Below, in pieces: positions 56,501 to 64,000 of a stretch of 64,000 nucleotides of DNA. The notes under the pieces were generated by a model that had not been told where the DNA came from, searched no databases, and saw nothing but the letters and a program-made list of their open reading frames with translations. This DNA is from Macrostomum lignano (lineage: Eukaryota): assembly GCA_002269645.1 (NCBI GenBank), contig NIVC01000411.1, positions 62,001-126,000 on the forward strand, given 5' to 3'. The translations under genes were made by a program, and so were the position numbers. Position 1 is the first letter of the stretch. Every line of letters begins with the position of its first letter.

Positions 56501-58559
56501 CTCTTTATAGGACTCTCTAATGGACTCGCTAATGGACTCGCTAATAGATTCTCTAATGGACTCTTTATTGGACTCTCTAATGGACTCTCTAATGGACTCT
56601 TTATTGGACTCTCTAATGGACTCTCTAATGGACTCGCTAATAGATTCTCTAATGGACTCGCTAATAGATTCTCTAATGGACTCGCTAATGGACTCTCTAA
56701 TGGATTCTCTAATGGATTCTTTAATGGATTCTCTAATGGATTCTCTAATGGACTCTCTGCTGGACTTTACTTGACTCTCTGCTGGACTCTCTGCTGGACT
56801 TTACTTGACTCTCTGCTGGACTCTCTGCTGGACTTTACTTGACTCTCTGCTGGACTCTCTGCTGGACTCTCTGCTAGAGTCTCTTTTCTTTCGTGTCTCC
56901 CAACATGTGTCTAACCAGCGCGAGCTAACGAAACAGGCCCTCCTTGAGCAGGTTGCGCCTTCTATCCCTCCTCCCCTACCCGACTGCTCCAGAGCGTCGC
57001 TGGCCAGGTTCGAGTTGCTGTAAGGACCACCGCCGCCACCGCCGCCTCGAACAACGACTCGATCGTCGCTGATGTCGCTGCCGCTGCTGCCGCTGTTGTG
57101 ACTCTCTGTGCAGTCGCTGCTGTCTTCGCTGCCGCTGCCGCCGCTGCTGCCGCCGCTAGCGAAGGTGGCCGGCGATTTGGCCGACTGGTTGGTGGCGAAG
57201 TCTTCGTTGATTCTGGCCGAAACCGCCGCCACCGCCACCGCCGCATCCTCGGCGCTACTCGCCGGCTTTCTGCCAATGCTGGTCGACGACAAACTGTCCG
57301 GCTCAAGCGCGGAGGCCGACGACGAAGTCGACGAGCTGGTGGACGAGAACGAGTAGGTGCCGCGATCGTCTGAGGAGGCGGCGTGGACTGAGGCTCTGTT
57401 GTGCGACAGCTGGGTTGGTTCGGTGTTGGGTTGGGGATGCATGGGTTTTTTGATAACTCGCTTGAAGTCAGCACTGAAAAGAAAGCTAGATTGAGTACAC
57501 TATTCAGCACATTATCGAGTAGCTGAATATTTAAACACACCATTGAGCACACCATTGAGCACACCATTGAGCACACCATTGAGCACACCATTGAGCTCAC
57601 CATTGAGCACACCATTGAGCACACCATTGAGCTCAGCATTGAGCACACCATTGAGTACACAATTGAGCACAGCATTGAGCACATCATTGAGCACACCATT
57701 GAGCACACCATTGAGCACACCATTGAGCACACCATTGAGCACACCATTGAGCTCACCATTGAGCACACCATTGAGCACACCATTGAGCACACCATTGAGC
57801 ACACCATTGAGCTCAGCATTGAGCACACCATTGAGTACACAATTGAGCACAGCATTGAGCACATCATTGAGCACACCATTGAGCACACCATTGAGCACAC
57901 CATTGAGCACACAATTGAGCACACAATTGAGCACACAACTACCATTGAGCACACAAATGAGCACACCATTGAGCACACCATTGAGCACACCATTGAGTAC
58001 ACAATTGAGCACAGCATTGAGCACATCATTGAGCACACCACTTGACACACAATTGAGCACACAGTTGAGCACAAAAATGAGCACAGCATTGAGCACACAA
58101 ATGAGCACACAATTGAGCACACCATTGAGTACACAATTGAGAACAGCATCGAGCACAGCATTGAGCACACAACTAAATCCAACCAGAAATCATTTTTAGC
58201 CGGCCTTCCGTACCTGATTGCTTTCAGCCCAACCTTTCGCTTTGTGCCGCTTGCTCTTCTTCTTTGATCTGAATCAGAACGGCAATACAGATTACGTTGA
58301 TTCGATCAGAAGTTCCATAAAATAGTGTTGCAAATAAAATTCCAACTCACGACTGCAACGTTGCGATAGCAACGGCCGACGGGCTGCGGTGACGCGGGCT
58401 GGCGCACATCATCGTGCCGCTGTCAGGCTGCAGCAAGGTCGAGCCCGGTTCCAGCGGTGGCGAATCCTCGATGGTGAACGGCTGCACCGTCTCCAGCTGA
58501 CTGCTGCTGGATGTCACCGTGGCCTGGTCGAGGTCTGACAGCTCCAACTGCTGCTCCAT
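53544..58559 (-). CDS. Uncharacterised protein of about 618 aa: Ser/acidic low-complexity N-half and a globular C-half with a possible degenerate KH-like domain; 7 exons
   Basis: Exons 58559-58351, 58268-58214, 57409-56980, 56145-55973, 55286-54858, 54680-54333 and 53756-53544 join with GT-AG and consistent phase (1857 nt). Exons are GC-rich and lie between repeat-filled introns. The middle splice junctions are less certain. No ortholog recognised. Confidence 0.7.
53870..54300. repeat. G/T-rich degenerate repeat (GTGTAGAGGTGTGGGC-like), last intron of the uncharacterised gene
   Basis: Seen directly. Confidence 0.8.
55305..55950. repeat. 22-bp minisatellite (GATTGTGGCTGCAATACCCGCT), intronic
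   Basis: Seen directly. Confidence 0.95.
56200..56880. repeat. 12-bp minisatellite (GGACTCTCTAAT), intronic
   Basis: Seen directly. Confidence 0.95.
57535..58175. repeat. 12-bp minisatellite (CACCATTGAGCA), intronic
   Basis: Seen directly. Confidence 0.95.
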
Positions 58560-58969
58560 GCTGAATATTGATTACTTAAATTTGTGTACTTTTGATTGCG
58601 GCTAACAGATTCAAGTCTCCGTGTTATTGTAAGTAGATTAGGGCGAATCTTTCACCCATAATAGCTCTTTACGATTCTGATGCACCCTGTACTCTAAGAA
58701 TACTTTGTCTATGGCAATTCTCGTTGGTTTCTAAGCCAAGTGTTGAGTCGCAGGCTGATGTATGCGTGTAGCACTAGGGTATTATTAGAATCAGGAATGA
58801 TGGAAATATTGAAACACTAATTTGATTTGCAAAACATTGCGCTTTGTTTTAAGTTTGTTCCGTGTCGGTTCAACTTCATTCAGAGCAATTAGATGTACAT
58901 AATTGGTTTGGCTTGTAGGGCCTCAAATCAAGGCGACAATTGAACTGCAGTCAACTCATCAATTACCTC

Positions 58970-59285
58970 ACATGACGATGACTCATCCCCCGCTGGGACA
59001 GAATGGGAGGGTTGCACACGATGACTCATCCCCGCTGCGACAGAATGGGAGGGTTGCACACGATGACTCATCCCCGCTGCGACAGAATTGGAGGGGTTGC
59101 ACACCGTGACTAATCACCCGCGGGGACAGAATGGGAGGGGTTGCACACCGTGACTAATCACCCGCGGGGACAGAATGGGAGGGGTTGCACACCGTGACTA
59201 ATCACCCGCGGGGACAGAATGGGAGGGGTTGCACACCGTGACTAATCACCCGCGGGGACAGAATGGGAGGGTTGCAAAGGGAGGG
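58970..59285. repeat. 42-44 bp minisatellite (GGGACAGAATGGGAGGGGTTGCACAC...), about 7 units
   Basis: Seen directly. Confidence 0.9.
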
Positions 59286-59546
59286 TTCACCGTAAAATAG
59301 GCGAAGCAAATTAGGGAAAATTTATCTGGCAACACACATGCAGCCTACTATAGAATGAGTAGTATACCATAAGAAAATAATGTTTGGTTTGCTTAAATTT
59401 CATCCTCGGAAAAAACCAATTAGTAATTCATTTCAAATAGCCTTGCGGCCAATGTGCTTGCATTTTTTATTTAAAATTCTCAAAAATCATGACCGTTTCA
59501 ATGAGTTTAGGGGAAATCGTCATTCTCTAGACGACGTCGCGATCCA

Positions 59547-60290
59547 TCAGTCGAAGGGCGACAGGCACTCAGCCAGTGTTCCGTTGTAGCTGTTCACCAA
59601 AGAAATTTGCACTGATCGGCCATCGTTAATGCCCACCATTCCGGCACCAGAGACTGTGGCGTTCTCTATTTTACCAGCGTTATTCGGCTGATTCTCCATC
59701 CACAGATCGGCGCTGATGCTGAGCCTGCAGCTGTCCCAGATCCACCCACCAGCCGGTTCCTCGCTGCCTGGCGGCTGCGTGCCGCCCAGCAGCACCTTCC
59801 TGAGGTTGTCCCGGGTGAAAATGCTCTCCAGATGAATGATCTCGTTCATGTCGGTGACATCGGCCATGATGGTGAAGCCGGGCTCAGAGTCGATCAAAGT
59901 CTTGGCCACGTTGAAGTCCTTGGCATCTCTAAACAGTTTGTACTTGGCGCCGCAGTAGTCGTCAGCGTAGCCAGTCGGGCACAGGGCTCCCGGCGGCACG
60001 CCCGGCTGCCGCTTCATCAGCACCGCGGCCCGGCGAGTACAGTCGCAGTCGCGCACGTACTTGCTGCACCTGTTGAACACGAACAGCTGACAGGTGCCGT
60101 CAGCCACGCTGGCAGCCTGGCAGCCCGGCGTGGCGTCGCACAGGCCGGCGCATTCGATCTTCGACGTGGCATCGGCGCGGTTGTCCACGAAATCGGGCCT
60201 GATGCAGAATGGGGCGTCGATTTCCAAAAACTCGGTGGCCAGAGCGCCCGTCAGCAGGATGGCGGCAGCTGTTAGCAGACAGAAAGGCAT
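59547..60290 (-). CDS. Secreted protein: signal peptide + PAN/apple domain + divergent C-type lectin-like domain, intronless, 247 aa
   Basis: Hydrophobic leader MPFCLLTAAAILLTGALA. PAN pattern SKIECAGLCDATPGCQAASVADGTCQL. CTLD-like CPTGY...YKLFRDAKDFNVAK...VLLGG...GGWIW...LWMENQPNN...IND. Confidence 0.8.
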   Translation of the reverse strand: MPFCLLTAAAILLTGALATEFLEIDAPFCIRPDFVDNRADATSKIECAGLCDATPGCQAASVADGTCQLFVFNRCSKYVRDCDCTRRAAVLMKRQPGVPPGALCPTGYADDYCGAKYKLFRDAKDFNVAKTLIDSEPGFTIMADVTDMNEIIHLESIFTRDNLRKVLLGGTQPPGSEEPAGGWIWDSCRLSISADLWMENQPNNAGKIENATVSGAGMVGINDGRSVQISLVNSYNGTLAECLSPFD

Positions 60291-60785
60291 GGCGACCGGC
60301 CCAGTTGCAGAACCGGATTTCCAATGCGTTTAAGTAGATAGACAAGGCTGAGTCTGAGACGATTCGTCTCTTGTTTTTCAGTTTCAGCAGTCTCTGTTTT
60401 GTCAGCAGCTATGGAGAACAATGTCCCTCGGAAAATTGTCGTTACTCGTATCTCCATTGTTTTCCTCGAAGTCACTTCAACAGGGTCTCGAGGGTTTTTT
60501 CATTAGCAGCCAGAAAACCTGCCAGCTGAAAGCATTCGAAATTCAGCTTTTTGTTGCCAAGCATTGTGAAATTAGCCTGGGCACGACAGAGACATGCAAA
60601 TTGTATTGCCCGATCGGCTTTGCGTCTCGATTGTCAATTTCAATGGGACAAAAGAAATCGCTGTGCCGAATAGCATTGTTGCCAACAATCTGTGGCGGGA
60701 GATTTCTGCCTGTCAATCAATCTCTCTGTAGATGTGTTTTTTTGCATGAGTATGCATTTCTAAATGTGTTTGTCTGTCTGTCTGT

Positions 60786-61275
60786 CTTATCAGGCACAAC
60801 CGGACCGGCTGCCATCTGGAGACCAATATTTGTTTTCAGTTTCATAGAATCAGCTCACCGCAGATAGAACACACCGTCACTTTTTTAAACCATAATTTCT
60901 CAAATAGCAGCGTTTTTACAACTGTCTAAAACACTATTATTTCACCAAAAAGACAGCGCAATGCCTGCTAAGACAGCTTTCTTGGTGCGCAAAGGCCCGC
61001 AGTTAACTAGCGCCTGTACCGTACAGCATATACGGACCTGAGTTTCAGAGTATTGCAACAATAAAACTATAATTTTCATTTTTTGCATTTTCCTGCGGCT
61101 GAACTCGGAGGAAAATCAGCACCGTTGATTCATTTACCTGTGTAGTACATAATTCATATAGTATGCAGTCTTTGTCCTTGTTCTGCGTCTTTGTTGTATA
61201 CAGTGTACTGCCCTGTCTGACTGTCTGTCTGTCTGCATGCCTGCCTGCCTGTCTGTCTGTCTGTCTGTCTGTCTC

Positions 61276-61307
<32 letters not shown>

Positions 61308-61391
61308 CCTCTCTGCCTGCCTGCCTGCCTGTCTGTCTGTCTGTCTGTCTGCATGCCTGCCTGCCTGTCTGTCTGTCTGTCTGTCTGTCTC

Positions 61392-61460
<69 letters not shown>
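60786..61460 (+). mobile_element. Family B copy 2 (inverted relative to copy 1)
   Basis: Core 60786-61215 then (TGTC/TGCC)n to 61460. A short (TGTC)n also precedes the core. Confidence 0.8.
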
Positions 61461-62318
61461 ATTTATAAGTACCTTGTAATACTCCCAGGCAATTTAGTTT
61501 TCCCACCAGAGCATACATAAAAGATTTTGTCTACAGCAACTCAGAAATACTCATCAATATTCGCTGTGCAATGCGTGAATCAGTGCATGTCATAAAATTA
61601 TTCATTAATAACCATTCAACTTTCAGTACTTCTTAACATGCAGCAAGTGCCTGTGCAGTGTAATTATGCATATTAATATTAGAATTCACAGCGTACAGGT
61701 AAGCAGCTGATGCACACAGAATACGGTCCAGTAGTGCAGTGAGAATCAGCATACTCAGGAATGCTCAGCATTAGTATCAAAACGGGAATGTGGCGAGAAG
61801 TATTCTGTAGAAAATATCACTCAAATCTGCTGCGCAGCTTTCAGTTTGAAAATAAAATTTATCAGCACAAAATGTAGGTGCGCTACTAATAGTAGGATAC
61901 TGCAGAAATGTGCACGCCTAAAATACCCAAGGGCCAAGTGTCACGGGGGTTCTGCATTGTGTACTTTTATTTACCTGGATTTTATTTTTATGCTTTAAGC
62001 TGATGGTACGTAGTCTTTACAATTCAAAATTTAACAAAAGTACACAAAGTACTATCTTGATTGACAAGACAACAATGATCAAATAGTGTGGTAAACAATG
62101 GTAAAATAATAGTACACACTTTCACCATTAATGAGTGTAAATTCTCGTCTATATGTTTTAAACCTCTGTGCTCAGTGCAGATGCAGTGCATGTAATACAT
62201 TTTGCTTGTTAAACCTTAGAGATTAGTATGTAAAAGTACAGTTCAGATGTACTCAGTCCATTTCCGTGTCCAAACTGACTCTTTGCATTGCTCACAAGTC
62301 TTCCTCATCTAATTCTAC

Positions 62319-63612
62319 TCAAAGGAATCGGTGCTCGCCTCCTCCAGCTTCAGGTCCGGGCGCCTCGGCGGCGGCGACAGCAGCCTGCTCCGGCTGCGCC
62401 AGTTCGTCCATTCGGAAGCCGTCGTTTTCTTGACCTCCGTGACCTCCGTGACCTCCGTGACCTCCGTGACCTCCGTGACCTCCGTGACCTCCGTGACCTC
62501 CGTGACCTCCGTGACCACCGTTGTTGATGCTGAGTCGGTTCGGTGACTTGTAACCGCCGCCTGCACTGGCGACACCGTCTGACGGATGCTCATCGCTGCA
62601 TCCGTTGTTGAGGCCGCCGCCTTGGGCGCTGCTGCAGTGGCTCGCCCGTCTCTGACTGCGGCGAAATGAGGCCGGTCTGGGCGCCAGGTGCGTCACAATC
62701 ATTGAGTCCTGGGGATTGGCGGATTTTCATTTCGAGCTCATTTGCAGTCTGGCGCACTCCAATGGACACTGCTCCAATGTACGCTGCTCCAATGTACACT
62801 GCTCCAATGTACACTGCTCCAATGTACACAGCTCCAATGTACACTGCTCCAATGTACACAGCTCCAATGTACACTGCTCCAATGTACACAGCTCCAATGT
62901 ACACTGCTCCAATATACACTGCTCCAATGTACACTGCTCCAATGTACACTGCTTCAATGTACACTGCTTCAATGTACACTGCTCCAATGTACACTGCTTC
63001 AATGTACACTGCTCCAATGTACACTGCTCCAATGTACACTGCTCCGATATCAAGCCCCAGCTTACCGGCTTGAACCGCTCCGTGCCCCAGACCTTGGCCA
63101 CAACGAACTCAACGATCAGTACAACGAAGCCGGCGCCAATGCCGGCGCCAAGCAGCACGAAGACTCCGCTGAGGGTCTTCAGCTGCACGCCTGGTGAAAT
63201 GCGGCAGTGGCGGGTTGGCGGGCGATGGCTGCCTCTGGCTGTTATGCACACTGGGACTGGGTTCCTGTCTCTTCTGTCTCTCTCATCTCTCCCTCTCTCA
63301 CCTCTCTCCCTCTCTTATCTCTATCCCTCTTCCCATCTCTCTCCCTATCTCACCTCCCTCCCTATCTCACCTCTCTCCCTCTCTCACCTCTCTCCCTCTC
63401 TCACCTCTCTCCCTCTCTCATCTCTCTTCTTCTCCCATACCTTAGCCTCATTCCGGAACCTCTGTCAGCACTACCCCGCCTGTTGAGTGTTCCCAGACCA
63501 AATGCTGCACTTACCAGAGGAAACTTTCTCCGTGGAGCACTGCACCTTCTCTCGTTCCCACCAGTAAACTTTGAAGGACTCCAGCGACCGATCGTTCTGC
63601 ATGTTGAGTATG
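62319..63612 (-). CDS. 3' exons of an ionotropic glutamate receptor-family subunit (end of S2, M4 helix, cytoplasmic tail); gene continues beyond the right edge
   Basis: Exons 63612-63515 (ILNMQNDRSLESFKVYWWEREKVQC), 63190-63066 (VQLKTLSGVFVLLGAGIGAGFVVLIVEFVVAK) and 62708-62319, phases consistent. The L..LK.KWW...C segment followed by L.L..GVF..L..G......LI.E matches the iGluR S2/M4 pattern. The last exon is less certain. Confidence 0.72.
62760..63045. repeat. 15-bp minisatellite (AATGTACACTGCTCC), iGluR intron
   Basis: Seen directly. Confidence 0.95.
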
Positions 63613-63684
63613 CTGAAATTGGGGGTCAGGAATTGCCCCTGGTTGTGTGTCAAGCAGCATTCAAAAAAGCTCATTTTGGCGCCC

Positions 63685-64000
63685 TTGACACCCTCATCTT
63701 GGCACTCCCTGACACACCTATCTTGACACTCTCTGACACCCTCATCTTGGCATTCCCTGACACACCTATCTTGACACTCCCTGACACCCTCATCTTGGCA
63801 CTCCCTGACACCCTCATCTTGGCACTCCCTGACACACTCATCTTGACACTCCCTGACACCCTCATCTTGGCATTCCCTGACACCCTCATCTTGGCATTCT
63901 TTGACACACTCATCTTGGCACTCCCTGACACACTCATCTTGGCACTCCCTGACACACTCATCTTGACACTCCCTGACACCCCCATCTTGGCACTCCCTGA
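63685..64000. repeat. 24-bp minisatellite (CCTGACACCCTCATCTTGGCACTC), iGluR intron, runs off the window
   Basis: Seen directly. Confidence 0.95.

Overview
This is eukaryotic (metazoan) genomic DNA with GC-rich exons and introns filled with minisatellites. The style suggests a Macrostomum-like flatworm, which is my inference only. I reconstructed exon chains by hand with consistent splice phases. Genes found: a >1200-aa single-exon ankyrin ORF running off the left edge (-; absent from the ORF track), ANKRD42 (-), a QRICH2/DUF4795-like gene (-), NUFIP1 (+), CLPB/Skd3 (+), an uncharacterised gene with a possible degenerate KH domain (-), a secreted PAN + C-type-lectin-like protein (-), and the 3' exons of an ionotropic glutamate receptor (-). 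Mobile DNA: a deleted fold-back piggyBac whose empty TTAA site survives in a paralogous copy 1.2 kb away; a head-to-tail dimer of non-autonomous Helitrons carrying about 6.5 kb of 23-bp satellite; a tRNA-derived SINE with a 14-bp TSD inside a TIR element; two MITE-like elements; and two families of 'core + tetranucleotide microsatellite' elements, one forming an inverted pair around two genes. The most unusual signal is that some intronic minisatellites are tandem copies of the working splice site itself: about 45 copies of CAG|GTAGGT in CLPB intron 3 and about 30 copies of the acceptor in NUFIP1 intron 2. Most long ORFs in the track are translations of repeats and were rejected.
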